Source of the DNA: Lama guanicoe
Lineage: Eukaryota
Direction: 5' to 3'
NCBI GenBank assembly: GCA_013239625.1
Contig: MU054118.1
Coordinates: 1 to 64,000, forward strand
DNA: 64,000 nt
Below are positions 37,680 to 53,240 of this stretch, in pieces. Every line of letters begins with the position of its first letter. Positions within the stretch are counted from its first letter, which is position 1. The position numbers were made by a program, and so were the translations under genes. The notes beneath the pieces were generated by a model that searched no databases, had not been told where the DNA came from, and saw nothing but the letters and a program-made list of their open reading frames with translations.

Positions 37680-39910
37680 TTTTATTTTTTTTTATTGTGG
37701 TAAAGAAACCTCAGTATCACATTTACCATAGTAACTATTTTTAAGATTACAATTTAGTAGTATTAAGTACATTTGCGTTGTTGTGAAACAGATCCCCAGA
37801 AGGCTTTCATCTTGCAAAACTGAAACTCTACCCCCATTACACGGCAACGTTCCACTTTCCCCTCCCCCAGCCTCTGGTAACCATGTTCCACTTCCTGTTT
37901 CTATGAATTTGGCTACTTTGGAGACAGTATTTATCTTTTTGTGGCTGGCTTATTTATTCTAGCATAATGTCCTTAAGGCTCTTCTATGTCACAGCAAGTA
38001 ACAGAATTTCCTTCCTTTCTAAGGCTGAATAATATTCCTTTGGATATGTGTACCATATTTTGTTTGTTCATTCATTTATTGATAGACATTTGAGTCACTT
38101 TCACCTCTTGGCTACTATGAATAGTGCTGTCATGAACATGTGTCTGCAAATGTCTCTTCCAGACCCTGTTTTCCTTTCTTTTTAATATATACACAGCAGT
38201 GGGATTGCTGGATTAGGTGGTAGTTCTAGTTTTAATTTTTTGAAGAGCCTCCATAATGTTTTCTTAGGAGCTGCACTATTTTACAGTCCCGTCAACAGTA
38301 CCCAAGGGTTTCAGTTTCTCCATATTTCACCAACATGACTTATTTTCTGTTTTTTTTTCTTGATAGTAGTCTCTCTAATGTGTGTGACATGTTGTCTTGT
38401 TTTGGTTTTGATTTGCATTTCTCTGATGATTAGTGATCTTTTTATATGCTTAGCCATTTGTATATCATCTTTAAAGAAATCCCTATTCAAATCTTCTGCC
38501 CATCTTAAAAATCAGATTATTGCATTTTTCTGCTGTTGAGTTGTAAGATTTCTTTATATATTCTGGCCTTTCATCAGATATATGTTTTGCAAATATTCTC
38601 CCTCCTTTTCACTCTGTTGACTATTTCCTTTGCTCAGCACAAGATTTTTAGTTTGATGTGGTTCCCCTTACCCATTTTTGCTTTTGTCATCTCTGCTTTT
38701 GGTGTCATACCCAAGAAATCATTGCCATAGTCAATGTCACCAAGTTTCCCCTTTGTTTTCTTCTAAGAGTTTTATGATTTGGGAATTTTATGTTTAGATC
38801 TTTAATCTGTTTTGAGTTATTTTTTGTGAATGGCTTTGATAAAGACCTAACTTTGTTTTTTTGTACATGGATAGCCAGTTTTCCCAACATCATTTGTTGG
38901 AAAGATTGTCTTTTCCCCATTGAATAGTCTTGACCCTTTTGTTAAAGTTCTCTCACTATATACACTAGGATTTATTTCTGGGATTCCATATTCTAGTCGT
39001 CTGTAGGTCTGTCTTTTTGCCAATACCACACTGTATTAGTAACTTTAGCTTTGTAATATATTTTGAAATCAGGAAGTGTAAGTCCTCCAACTTTGGTTTT
39101 TGGGTTTTTTTTAAAAAAAAAACTTTTGGCTATTCAAGGTCCTGTAAGATTACATATGAATTTTAGAACTTTTTTTTTTTCCTATTTTCACAGTAGATGC
39201 TGTTGGGGTTTTGGTAGGGATTGTGTTGATCATTTTGTGTGGCTATCTTAGCAAATTAAGTCAATCAGTCCATAAATACAGATTGTTTTTCCACTCATTT
39301 GTGTCTTTTTAAGTTTCTTTCAGTGATGCTTTGTACTTTTCAGTGTATAAGTCTTTGGCCTCCTTGGTTAAGTTTATTCCCAAGTATTTTATTCTTTTTG
39401 ATTCTATTTTAAATGGAATTGTTGTCTTACTCTCCTTTTCAGATGGTTCACTGTTGCTGTATAGAAATGCAACTGGTTTTTGGGTGCTGATTTTGTATCC
39501 TGCAGTTTTGCTGAATTCCTTTATTAGTTCTGACAGGTTTTTAGTGGACTCTCTAGGATTTTCTACGTATAAGATCATGTCATCTACAGAAATGATTTTC
39601 CTTTCCTTTCAATTTGATGCCTTTTGATTCTTTTCTTGCCTAATTTGCTGACTAGGATTTTCAATACTATACTGAATAGAAACAGTGACAGCAATTATCC
39701 TAACTTAGATGAAAAGCTTTCACTTTTTCACCATTGACTATGATGTTAACTGTAGGCTTTTCATGCATTACCTTTTATGATGAGGTAGTTTCCTTCTATT
39801 ACTAGTTCATTAAGTGTTTTTATCATGAAAGGATGTTGAATTTTGTCAAATGCTTTTTCTGCATCAATTAGATGAACATGTGGCTTTTGTCCTTCATTCT
39901 GTTAATGTAA
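37680..39910 (-). mobile_element. 5'-truncated L1 (3' UTR plus degenerate ORF2)
   Basis: Poly-T start. Minus-strand ORF 39309-39578 reads MILYVENPRESTKNLSELIKEFSKTAGYKISTQKPVAFLY...IKYLGINLTKE (L1 RT region). Confidence 0.93.
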
Positions 39911-41750
39911 GTATTTGAAGTTTTATAGTTTCTTCTATTCTGAATCAAAAAAGTATTTAAAAGTTTTTAGCTGTTTTTATCAGTGTTGACCATGAGCAGA
40001 TTTAGGTACTTACTGTGAGAAGAACAGGACAGGATACAAGGGACATTTTATATGTGTAGGTAATTTGTATTGTAGATGCTTGCAAAGTGGCTCTGCCCAT
40101 TTTTAATTAATAAAAGAGTTCTAAAATTTTATGAAGTTTAAAGAGTTTCATTCTCTATTTGAGTAATTGGGTTTTGTATAAAGATCATTACCCTCACCTA
40201 GAAGCTAGGGCAGTTAGTTATAAATCACTCATATATCATGTCACACCTCTGTTTACCATCCTCCACATATTAAGAGTTTTCCTCGGGAAAGTTAAACTCT
40301 CTGTCTGGCACTCAAGCCCTTTACAGGTCCTCCCATCTCAGGCTGTTGTATTTGTTAAAGTCCTTTCTCTCTGTGACTCTCTGCTCCCAGTTACCCACGT
40401 TTCCCTCACCTTCACTTCCTTCATATTTGGCTAAAATATCAGCTTCCAAGTGAGTTTTTCTTTCATCACTCTATTTACAGGCTGTTCTATCAGTGGATAA
40501 ACAATATCCATCTTCTTTTTCTTGTGATAGTACCTGTCACTCTCTCAGTTATCAGTCTTGTCTCAGGACTTTCTCCTTCTATTAGAATGTGAAAACCAGA
40601 AGGGGGGTAATTTTTGTTTCTTTTATTTATTGTTATAAATCCAGGCCTATAACAATGCTCAGTAAATATTTCTTAAGGGAGGAAGTAAGTAGAACTAAAA
40701 TGTTGTTCTTTTAATCTGCATTTTAAGTACAATTTATTCATTTATAAATTTTGGGAAAAACCTGTCAGGTCATTCATTTCAATTTAAAAGATTTTTAAAT
40801 AATTGAATCTCTTAATTTAAAACACTTCTATAAAAAGTATTTCTTTTTTGGAAAATTCTGATGTAAATGCTCTATCCTCACCATTTGGAATAGTCTCCCA
40901 GTCCATTTAACTTTAAGCTCAGTACTTTCTTTAGAGTTGTAGATATTTATTGGAAAATTAGACTGTATCTTTAGTGCACTAGGTTCAGAATGTTTAGTCA
41001 TGCATATTAAGAAAATTAGCAAGTTTCTATCACAACCTTGAGTGCAAAACAGTTCAGTATCTGTAGCTTAGCACTGTCAGGGCCTTGCTTAGTTGGTTTT
41101 TTTTTTTTTTTTTTTTTTGGCTTATCAATTTTACCATGAAGTTTTTACGTTGTATGTCTATGTGTGTGTTTGAGTGTGTATATGTATCACAAAATTATTT
41201 TGCTTTAAACTATTCTAAAATTTGACACTTTGTTTTTTCCTGTTCTTTTAACAAATACTATAATAAGTGAACTTCTCAAAATACTTAGGTTAAATTAGTA
41301 GTTTAATTTAAAAATATCAATATACATATTTTGTTTCACTTTAACAATTTTAGTAATTTGAAAATATTTATTATAAGCTGTTCTTAAGAAAATAGCACTT
41401 GATGAGGAAGAATTGTTTCATAAATTAAGAAAGTAACTCTTTTTAGATCTCGAGAGACCAAAAAAACTTGATGGGGGCTATATAGAATTTTAGATTTTTA
41501 AAAAACATATAATATACATTTCTAAGAAAGAAGTGAATGCTGTCACTGACTTTATGCTAGGCATACACATTTAACATGCAATATTTTTCTACTTTGATGA
41601 AAGTGTTTTGAAAGTCTGGCACACTGTTTAAATCTGAACTCTGATATATTTCTCCTTTGATTGACTTGAGTTTGGGGAAAAAACCTATTTGTAAGGAATA
41701 TATATGTCAATGTGGTGGCTTATATGTGGCTTGCTTCTGATTTTTTCCAG

Positions 41751-41874
41751 GAGATGTTTCTGGACCCTATTCTCCACTCTCATGCTGATAATGGCATACA
41801 TCCAGCAATTGGTCAGCAAACGTGTTTAAGCAAAGGAGATACTGTACAGGCAAGGAAGCTGTGCAGATGTCCAG
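41751..41874 (+). pseudogene. TLL1: TLL1 exon 8 remnant
   Basis: Encodes [40 protein letters not shown]; ttccag acceptor and gtac donor. Appears 1 nt short at its 5' end. Confidence 0.95.
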
Positions 41875-42880
41875 GTACTGCACCATCCAAACTCAGAAAC
41901 AGAGCTGTGCCTGACTGTGCTCTTCCAGACAAATGAGCCCCAGTTTACTCAGCTGTCTACTTGCCTCCATGCTGGTAAGGGACTGATATATTCAGTTCAA
42001 AGTAACTAATCATAAAATGAAATAAGAGAGAACTCTGGAACACTTATAGGGATAATTGAAAATAAATTGCTAGAAATCATATTTCAAGTACAAGGATAGT
42101 AAGCTTTATTTATTTTTTTGCTTTAATGAGTAAAAGAGCAGAAAGCATGGTCATTTTATACTTGTTATTAAATAGTTGCATGACTTCATAGTCTAATTGT
42201 GTTTCCTTGCCAACGTAGAAAAAATATTCCTTATTTCAACTTCAGAATTGAGCCCTGAAAGATTTTTCCTTGCAAGTACTGTCATTAATAGTATATAAAT
42301 TTAAACTTTATTAGGTGGAATTTATAACTTTGTTGCAAAAAAATTAGTTCTAACCATAGTGCTAGTGAACTATTTACTGTATGTTTGCTACCAGATAAAG
42401 TAGTGAACAAAGATTAAAGGGAGGTCTTAATAACAATGTTCTGGGGAACACTAATGCTGTACTGGTCCAAGAAAGAAAAGCGTCTGCTTCCAAATTGGAA
42501 ATCCTGCATACTCTGTACACTTCCTGTGTACTCAAAATGCTTTGAAAGAGCTTGTATCAAAGATACATGCTTAACTTTGCTTAACACAGCTTTTCCTCCA
42601 TTGTCTTTTGTTGATGGAGTCCTCTTTTTGCCTGATACTTAATGTGTAGAATTACTTTTGGAAATGTTGTTCCAGGTACTAAGATCACAAGTGGTAAAAT
42701 AACTATAAAATTTTAATTGTCTGCTATTCTAATTCAGAGATATGATGGGTATATTAATCACTGAAGTTTTACATAGTTTTTTTATGTCTTTTTTTCACTT
42801 TTACTTTTCTTTTTAATGTTAGCAGTCATGGATAATCATTGTTCATATTCATTAACTCATCAGGGGTTGCAACTGTTCAT

Positions 42881-43020
42881 CTTTTTTTGTTGTTTGTTTG
42901 TTTTATGAGAGGGAATTAATTAGGTTTATTTATTTACATTGGGAGGAGGGACTGGGATTGAACCCAGGACCTCATGCATGCTGGGCATGTGCTTTACCAC
43001 TTGAGCTACATTCTCCCCCC
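42881..43020 (-). mobile_element. Vic-1-like tRNA SINE
   Basis: gggattgaacccaggacctcatgcatgctgggcatgtgctttaccacttgagctac with a T-rich tail upstream. Confidence 0.85.
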
Positions 43021-46000
43021 ATTTTACATAGATTCTTGTTTAAAATTTATTTCCATACATTTAATTATTGGTAAGTTATATTAAGTTTACTGGGATTATC
43101 GGTATCAGTTCAGGAAACTTTCTTTGTAGGGTACAGGAGAGGGCTAGCTAATTGATTAACAAAAATGTAATATTTGCTCATTGACATATAGTATAAAACA
43201 CTTTAGTTAAGCAAATTAACACTCAAGTACAAGCAGAAAAAAAGTGAATTGGTTGAATAAACTCAAAATAACTAGGAAGTTGACAGTTCATTATGGGTGA
43301 TGACATCTGATTCATCGACCTTTGGTCCAGTCATTGATGGATTACCTAGAAAGAGAGCAAGAGTTTACAAAATAAGGTCTGGTGTATCTCAGTTTTAATA
43401 CAGAGAGGAGAGGGTTGTACTACTGAATATCCCTTTGGAGTCTGGCTTTTTTCTTTTGTTAGAAATTGCTGGTGAACACAACCAGTTAGAGGTGCCTGGT
43501 TACTTTTTACTCCAATATTTTTCTCCTTATTGGTTTATGCTTGAAGCTCTATTAAGATCTAATCTGTCCTTTATAAAGCTATTCCTTAGAACTTAATCTT
43601 GAAAGGAGTGCTGACTGGGTTCACACTAAAGTATACAAGGTTGTGGCTTGTCAAGTCGGACCCTGAGTCCGAAAGGCAAGTTTCTGAAAGGCAGGTAACA
43701 AATAGGAGGCAGACTGCAAATACTATCACTTCTCTTTTGATGATATAGGAAATGTGTGCTTATCAACTGGAAGATGAACAACAATAAAAATGTGTATATT
43801 TTCAATTCCCTTAAAACAGTATAAATTATTATCTTTGTGGGGCTTTGTAGGTGATAAAGAACTTGTATTCTTTATATTTATCTAGTTATATATGCCAAAT
43901 ATATAGATTGGATTTGTGTGTGAGAACTCAGTTACTTCTTGTGCAGTCAGTGTACATGCATCATGAAAAAGCCCCATACAGAAATAAAAGTGTATTTTTA
44001 AGCTCATGGAATGAGGATAAGTTTCTTTCAGTTTAGAATTGTTTGCATTGCCATTTCTTGCTCTTACTTTTAAAAGCGGGCAAGGAAAGTCTCCTTATGC
44101 ATTGTGATGTGAAGAAAAGATATGATCCTTTACAGCCCTGACACTCTAATGACATAAGACCCAGTCATCCATTGCCAGAACACACACACCCAAAAAGGAA
44201 CAGGAAAAGAAAAGAAAGGAAGGCTGCTCAACCCTGAGATTGACTAGGTGTCTGGACACTGCTATCCAAAGGCCAATCCCATGTCCTTCCAAAGGCTTCC
44301 AAGGCTTTCTAGCATTGAAAGCATCTGAAAGGACACCTGTTAATGTCACTTGCCTTGCATTACAATTCCTTGCATCCCACATCCTGTCAGGACATGAAAC
44401 GTCCACATGTGGCAGAGAATGGTCTTCATCTTTCCCTTATCCCGGTAGTCAAGAGTCTGCTGTTGAAAGAGATCCTCTGCAAGGTGTGTGAGCGGTGGTG
44501 CACCTTCCTCTCTTCCTGAATGATTCATGTGTTCTCTTGTTCTCTCTCTTTTTGGGGACCTTTTTCCCTCATGTTCTAAATGTATTTGCCTCTACTTTGA
44601 TCTAATTTTAGGAATGCTTTCCCTTTTTATTTCTCAACTGCTTAAATTGAACTCTTCTGATAAAGTCTCTGCTGTTTATTTGCATTTTTTCTTAATATAG
44701 TTTTTCTGTAGTCCCATGACATTTTAGCTTATAACAACCTAACACTTATACCAACTTTCAACCAAAACATTCTCTCAGTAAATCTTCTATAATTGAATGT
44801 CAAGTAATATAATACAATTAGAAAAAATGTAAAGTAAATTGGCATCCAAAAATAAAGGGGCTTCTGAGGATTAGAATTTTCCCTATTATATAAAAGTGCT
44901 TATGTGTTCATAGATGAACACACATACAATCTATGTTCATAAATTTAAAAGCATCATTAAACACACAGTACCTGTACAGAACACCCATGTACGCAGAGGC
45001 ACATCTGTCTGGAGTGTGTAGGGATGGAAGGCCAGCTTCCGTGTGTGTGGAGTTTGGATACCAGCAACCTTTTAACACTTGTTTCATTAAAGTTACTTTT
45101 TAAGACTTTTTTTAGATTTTTATTTTGGATTTTTAAAATAATAAATGCGTGTTCTGAGCCTGGAGCACCCACTCCACACTCTCAGCACTTAAAGTTCCTT
45201 TTTAAATTAATATAAGGTTTCTTTCAGTTACCTAAAATACTAACCTCTTAGCTCCTGCAATAATTCTCTGAGACTCGAACTAGAACATCCTTGCTATATA
45301 TGCTTGCATATAATTCTTGGCTAAAATATATTGCCAACCTGCACAAAAAAGAATGTAGCCATTTTCTCCACTTATTCATGGACTTGTTTATTCCTCCCAT
45401 AGACCATCACTTAGTTCAGTTGCTGGTACCACACACGGGTCATCCAGGAGCCCAAGCAGAGCCATGGAGGGCATTCGCACTTCATCCTCTCTCTGCCTCA
45501 CTTCCCGCAACCAGTCAGCCTGCTCCCTTCTCGGTCTCGGTATCTTACATTGTGGGAATGAATCCCTCATCCGGGGACCCTGGTCTTTGATGTGGGTTGC
45601 TCCAATGCCTGCTCATTAGCCTTTCTCTCCAGTCTTACATCTCTTTAGTTCTCTGGCCACATTGCTATTCAAGTGACTTTTTAAATATGGAAATCATACT
45701 CTGCTTATTTTAGGATAAAGGTTAATTTCCTTTTCAACGTCTCCTTCAAGATTCCCCACCACCCTCTCCCCATCTCTTCCCTCATCCTCTTCTCTGGGTA
45801 TCCCCCTGACAGCCAGTTTCTCACCCCTACTTCATTCAGCCCCTGACCCCACTGTATGCTCGCCTTCTGCCTCTTCCTCCAGCCAGAGCACTCATAACTG
45901 ACTCCTGGCTAAATCCTAACTCCTACTCAGGATTTGGCTGTTATGTAACCTCCGACTTAAAAACTGTCTGGACTCCCAAGACTCCCATGGTGGTAAATGC

Positions 46001-47009
46001 CTTGTTCAGTTCTGGCCTTTGTGTCTGACTCCTATAATCATCACGTCATTTATCAGTTCCCACGTTAGAGTATAAGGTTCTTTAGGACTGGAGTTGGGCT
46101 TTTTCCTCACGGTTTTCTGAATTGGATATAAACTAGATGCTTGAGAGGTAGTTGCTGTCTGAATGAAGTGGCTGCTTTAATGTGTGAAAGGCCCCGCACC
46201 AGATACTGTGGCCACAGAGAAGGAAGCACAGATCATACACACAAATAGCAGTCACCTGCGGGATCATACAGACAGTGTCACTTAGTGAGGCAGTAAGTCT
46301 CTTTAGTAAAGGACGCTGAAGCAGTCCTGAGTGACCTGGACCCGGGATGAGGGAGGCTTCTTGGAGTTGGTGTTTGTGCTTCAGCGTAAAGGATGATTCA
46401 GACTTGGCCAGGCAGTTACTATTGAAATATATTTTAAAATATTTCAGTAATTAATCTCACCTTTATGGCTTAGACAATTTAGGGTTCCTTTTAACATCCT
46501 TTCCTTTAAAAATCACTTTAAACCTATATTTTATTTATTACATGTAAAAGTTTAAGAGAGCCATGGAAGTAAGAAAAAGTTAATTAGGTAGTGCTAAATT
46601 GATGATATATAGTTTTATTTTACCCCTACTTTAGAGTTTATTGAGGTTCTTTGGGAAGAGATTTATTTAGTACAGATTACTGTATGTTTTCTTTAGAGTT
46701 AGCAAAATTATAAGTGTGTTCTTATAGAATATGGATAAAGGATTCTAAACCTTTGATATTTGCTGAATGTTGTAGACATTTGCTGGGGAAAATATTTGTA
46801 GGTAGAACTACAATCAGGTGTAAATTTAACCATATTATTAAAAACACAGGAATTTGAAATAATTGCTCGGCCATACACAATCCAAGTAGCATTTATACAA
46901 TTCAAACACACTTTTCTATCTAGTAAGAAGAAAGATACATGAGAATTATCTGTTGCAAAAGTGAGACGAATTATATGATGAAGTATTTAGAAGTGTAACT
47001 CTTTTATTA

Positions 47010-49000
47010 TTAATTATTTTAAAATTTTGGTGAAACACATAACATATGATCTCTCCTATTAACAAAATTTTAATCGCATAATACAATACTGTTAACTATA
47101 TGTACATTTTATACAGAAGATCTTTAAGAACTTTTTCATCTTGCATGACTAACACTGAAACTCTGTCCCTAGTGGACGGTGGCTCCCCACTTCCCTCCTC
47201 CCAGTCCTTGGCAGCCACCATGTTACTTCCTCCTATAAATCTGACCACTTTAGAAACCTCATGTAAGTGGAGTCATGTTGTATTCAGCCTTCTGTGTGTG
47301 ACTGGTGTATTTCACTTAGAATAGTGTCCTCCAGGTTCATTTGTGTTGTAGCAGTGACAGATTTCTTTATGTTTTAAGGCTGAATGATACTCCATTGTGT
47401 GTATGTACCATGTTTTCTTTATTCACTTATCCAATAATGGACACTTAGGTTGTTTCTGTCTCTTGGCTACTCTGAATAATGCTTCAGTGAATATGCGTGT
47501 GTATGATTTCTTCAAGATTCTGTTTTCAATTCTTTTGGAACAATAGTCAGAAGTGAAATTGCTGGATCATTTGGTAGTTATATTTATAATTTCTGAGGAA
47601 ATGCCACACTGTTTTCCACAGTGACTGCACATTTTACATTCCTACCAACAATGCCAAATGGTTCTAATTTCTCCATATCCTCACCAACACCTGTTCCTTC
47701 CTGTGTTTTGGGTTGTTTGTTTGATAATGGCCATCCTAACAGGTATGAAGTGAAAACTCATTGTGGTTTTGGTTTGCATTTCCCTAATAATTAGTAATGT
47801 TGAGCATTTTTTTCATATATAAATTGGCCATTTGTATATTTTCTTTGAAGAAATATCTATTCAAGTCCTTTGCTCATTTTAAAGTTTGGTTATTCGGGGT
47901 TTTTGTTTGTTTTGTTTTTTGCTTTCGATTCCTATTGAGTTGTAGGAGTTCCTTATATATTGTGGATACTAACCCTTTATAAGATGTACAATTTGCAAAT
48001 GTTTTCTTCTGTTCTGAAGATTGCTTTTCACTCTATTGATGGTTCCCTTTGCTGCACAGAAGCTTTAGAAGTCGGAGTCCCACTTGTCTATTTTTGCTTT
48101 GTTGCCTGTGCTTTTGGTGTCATATCCAAGAAATCATTGCCGGGTCTACAGTTATGAAGGTTTTCACCTATGTTTTTTCTTCTAGGGATTTTACAATTTT
48201 GGTTCTTTCTTCTAAGCCTTTAATCCACTTTGAGTTGGCTTTTGTATATAGTGAAAGATGAGTCTAATTTTATTCTTTCGTAAGTGCATTTCTAGTTTCC
48301 CCAACACCATTTGTTGAAGAAACTGTCCTTTCCCCACTGTGTAGTCTTGGCCCCCTTGTTGAAGGTCCCATTTTACCATTTAGGTGTGGGTTTATTCTGG
48401 GGTCTTTATTCAGTCCCACTGGTCTACAGGTCTATCTTATGTCAGTACCATACTCTTGATTACTACAGGTGTGTAATATGAAGAAGTATGAGGCTTCCGG
48501 CTTTCTTCTCAAGGTTGTTTTGGCTATTTAGGGTTTGTGGTTCTGTATGTATTGTAAGACTATTTCCCCCCACTTCTGCAAAAAATGCCATTGGGAATTT
48601 GATAGGGATTGCATTGAATCTGTAGATTGCTTTGAGCAGTACAGATAACATTTTAACAATACTAAGTTTTCCAATCCATGAACACATTACTGTGTCTTTC
48701 TTTAAATTCTTTCAGCAACGTTTTGTAGTTTTCAGTATACCTGTCTTCTGCCTCCTTAGTTAAGTTTATTCCTAAATATTTTACTCTTTTTTTTGTGTTC
48801 TTATAAGTGGGATTGTTTTCTTAATTTCCTTTTCATATTGTTTGTTGTTTATAGATATGCAACTGATTTTTGTGTGTTGGTTTGGCATTGTAAAATTTTA
48901 GTGTATTTTTTATTACTTCTAACAGTATTTTTGTGTGTGGAATTTTTATGATTTTGTGCATATAGGATCATGCCATCTGCCTGGAGAGATAGAAGTTTAA
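47010..49000 (-). mobile_element. 5'-truncated L1
   Basis: ORF2 remnants CSWIGKLSIVKM...KAIYRFNAIPIK and DGMILY; 3' UTR similar to that of the 37.7 kb copy. Confidence 0.92.
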
Positions 49001-51366
49001 CGTCAGAATTGTTTTTTAGAGCAATTTTGATTAGTAGAGTGATGATAATACTTTGCCTTTTACACAAAATGCCTTTTTTCTCTTAAATATGACTGAGTTT
49101 TGTAGCCCAAAGACACATTCCAACAGTTAAGACCACAGACTTTCTACCTGTGTAAAGAGGTATCTGAGGATTAAAAAGGGGGCTAAGGACATTACAGTAC
49201 TTGAGTCTCCAAAGCAATTTTATGACATACATATTAATAAGATAGCCACTTTTCAGAGGAGAAAATTGAAGTTAAACTTTTGAGACTTGCTTGTGTGACA
49301 TAATTAAGGGGGTGATGCCATGACTCAAACTTCAGTTTTCACATGCACATCACTTTCTGAGTAAACAGACTATGCATTTACCTTGGTTGTACCATCTTTT
49401 CCTTGCTAATAAAAATTAGCAAGATTCTTTGGTTCTTTTAATAATAAAGTTTAATAATAAAGTTTTCTTTTTATATATGGGCATAAGTCAACAAATGGCC
49501 AGGAACATTGATGAAAATCTTCTGTAATAGAGATCAAGTAGCCTGGAACGGTCACACATAGTGAGGAAATTGTACAAATGATTGCCACAAATTGACAATT
49601 GGTGTTTGCACTTCTTGCAGTATAAGTAGGTGCTATATGATAGGTTTATTTAATTTTTGAATTATTTTTGGTTTTTTATTTTTTCATTTGAAAGAGTCTT
49701 TTGTTTCATCTTTTTATCAGAACACTATTATTTATTTGCATTTGTGGATTAAATATATTTGATTGTTTTAATTCCACTTTAGGAAATCCAGTACCAGATA
49801 TTCTATGTGACTTAGCGGAGTTTTCAATCACTATAGAAATTATTTTTAAACTGCTGTGAATTTTTTCATTGAAATGCACTCGACTCCCAAATGACTATTT
49901 AGCATCCACACTGATCCTAGTTAGAAGCACATTGTTTGCATTAATAAATCTTGACAAACATTCATTTTTCTAAGGGTTCTTGTAAGGTCACATTTATCAA
50001 GTTCCCTTAGATGTTTCATGGAAAGTGCTGGCTGTATATTTTTTACCTTGAGCATTTTTGTTGCATTCTAACTTTGCTTTTATATGCCTATTCATCAGAA
50101 TAAGCATTGCTTACTTTAAATTTATTTGTTGTGAAAACATAATATCTGTTATTCTATGTAAATATTTATATATTATCTGATTATTTTTATAGCTGTACTT
50201 TATGTTTTCAAAGTCATCTTTGTATCTTTGTCTCTTAATTTCACTCAAGATATGGAGAACCATTTATAATTTATTGATCTGATAAGACAAGAGTTCACCT
50301 GCTGGTAGCTATGGCTCTATAATGCAGTGCTATATGAGTTTTTATTTCAGTCTCCTTCAGAGGGAAGGAGCTGTGTTTTCAAATTGTTTTATGAAGGTTA
50401 TAAAGATGGCTGGCTGCAGCAGAGGAATTATTCTTAAATTAAGGACACTAAAATAGTCTAGGTTTATGTGACTCATACCATGTCTTCAAAAAGCAACAAG
50501 AAAGTCCATTGTAGAATGCTTCTGGCTGCAAACCTTGGCTGAACCAAAGCTAATTGCCCTCTGCCTTTTGACTTTGTAGAAATGGCCCTAGAGATATCAA
50601 TTACATGGATATTGAGGCTGAGCAGCTGATTATTTGCCATTTAAGATGACTGGTAATTATTTCCAAGGAATTAGGCAGGCTTAGTAAGAAGAAAAAAATA
50701 TAATTGCTTTTCCAGCAATTTCTCCTTATGATCAAGAAAAACCAGAGAGTAAATAAATGTCTATATCTTGTTGGAAACTTTTAGTCTCCTATGTTTTTAT
50801 CTTTCAATTATTTCCAGCTTATCTTGAGAAAAAATTTCATTGTGTATGACATTTTGGCACTAATATAAGTGGTTATTAGTTATTATTTAAGATTTCCTTT
50901 TTTTCAACTTTGGTATGGTATATTCATTATTAAAATTAGCCTCACCCTACATCATATATGTCACTGGAATATAACATGTGGCCTCAGAGACACATCAGCT
51001 AGGCATCCACTGGCCTGAATCTGATTATGGGTGATTTATAAGTACGCTACTGACTTCTTGGGAATGAATGACATAGGTTTCCAAAAGGAAGAACCTTATG
51101 AATGCCAGGTTATTTATCTCATAATCTTGTTTTATACTTACTGCTAGTGATCCCATTAAAATATATTGAAATTCTGGTAAGAAAGACATAGAAAGAAATT
51201 ACTTAGAAAGGAAAGTCTTTTATAAAATACAAATATATATTCTAACACCTTATCTATCTAATAAAACTCAAGGTTTTATTATGATACCAATGTCTTTCAT
51301 AAAAATTAAAGAATAATCTTTTTCATCTGTTTAAAAAAATCAAAAATGTGTGTTTTTTTCTTTCAG

Positions 51367-51478
51367 CATGTGGAGAAACCCTACAAGAATCCAATGGCAA
51401 TCTTTTCTCCTCATTTCCAAATGGCTATCCTTCTTATACACACTGCATCTGAAGAGTTTCCGTGACCCCAGGGAGAAG
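51367..51478 (+). pseudogene. TLL1: TLL1 exon 9 remnant (start of CUB1)
   Basis: Encodes [34 protein letters not shown]; Trp to TGA at 51450-51452, plus one codon deletion and a 1-nt deletion. Confidence 0.95.
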
Positions 51479-51579
51479 GTAGTTTATCCCATCAAGAGTT
51501 CTTTTTCAGTTTCATATAAGCAAAGATTCATCATTTTTTCAAATATAATTTACTTTAAAAAAATTCTTTTTTGATTTAT

Positions 51580-53240
51580 CAAATAACAGACTAAATAACT
51601 CAGAAAGTTTATAATGGAAGTTACTCAAACTCCATTTTGAAAGATGTAATTTTAAAAGAAATGTTAAATAGCCTAAAAGGATTGAAATAATACAAATTAT
51701 GTTTTCAGACACAATGAAATTAAGTCAAAAATCAGTGTTAGGAAGATAACTAGAAAAATCTCACACATTTTAAAATTTAAAAATATACATCAAATACCCA
51801 ATTCAGTTAAGAAGTTCTAATGAAAATGAGAAATTATTTTCAGTTCTAACAAAAATACTGAGATTACTAAGCCTATAAGATGCACCTAAAGCAGTATTTA
51901 GAAGGAAATCCATAACCTTAACTGCTCACATTAGGAAATAAGAAATACCCAAAACTAATGATGTAAACATCCTCATAATGAGGCTAGAAAAAGAGCAATA
52001 AAATAAATAGAAAAGTACATAGAAGAGGAAGTAATAAATAAAAGATAACATTGAAAACATGAAACATGGCACAAAATATGAAGAAAGTTGATACTTTGAA
52101 ACAACTTAGGAAAATAGAGAAATGGATGAAAAGAGATCAAGAGAGATAAAAGAGAAAGCACAATTATCTAATATTTAGAATAAAAAGATTATTATATCTC
52201 TAGACGCTTTAAACACCAAAATAAGAAAAAAAGAATATTTTGAACATTATGACAATAACTTAAAAATGTAAATTAAATGGCAAATTACTATAAAATATTA
52301 CTTATTAAGTGCTTACTCAAGAAGAAATAAAAAGCCTAAATGCTTCTGAAGCATTAAAGAATTCATATTACTATTTGATTGAATTATTAGTCATGTTTTT
52401 CAACAATGACTATCCAGGCTCAGATGGCTTAATCAGTAAGTTCTATCTAACAACCAAATAAGAAATAAGTATAGTCTTATAAAATCTTACAGGAAATTTT
52501 TAAAAGGATACACTCTCCTATTTATATAGGTAGAAAAACTTTGACAGTCATCCTGATGACAAGAAGAGTAGAAGAAAGGAAAATTTTAACCCAGACTCAC
52601 AATTGAATATGTATATAAAATCCTCCACAAATTACCAAACCAAATGCAGCTATATATGCATCTATATGTATGTATGTATGCATCTGTCTATAAATATATA
52701 AATAATACATAAAATATGTTAGTGTACCTATATTTCAAATACAGATACAGATGCATAGAAATGTGTATATATGTATTATATATTATTTATATATATATCT
52801 GTGTGTATATGTATATTATATATATATATGCACCATTAGATGTATCTCAACTAAATCAAGAAAACAATCTATTAATGATTTAACAACAACAAACCCTGAA
52901 CAAACTAGGAATAGAAGAATACTTTCTTAATCTTATAAAGAGAATCAACAAAAATTAGTGCAAATACCATTATTATTGGGGAAATCCTGAAATTATTTAT
53001 TTGACATAGGTAAAAAGCCAAGTATGTCCACTAGCCCCCTTCTTTTTTTTTCTTTTTTCTTTTTTTTTACATTTTGGTGGAAATAATAGCACGTTAAGGC
53101 AAGAAAGTGAGATTATACACATAAGGGTTAAAAAGGAAGACATAAAATTCCCTTTATTATATTGTTTGTTTGATTAGTTATAGAATTTAAAATTACTAAG
53201 AAACAAATAAATTTAGTAATTTCTGGATTCTGTCTTGAAT
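51580..53240 (+). mobile_element. Highly degenerate old L1 ORF2
   Basis: A-rich tract with L1 motifs (gatgcacctaaagcagtatttagaaggaaa; ccaggctcagatggctt; aaactaggaatagaagaatactttcttaatc). Confidence 0.7.

Noticed and set aside
52650..52830. AT/TA-rich quasi-palindromic tract (similar one at ~10925-11040)
   Set aside because: Ordinary low-complexity simple repeat.
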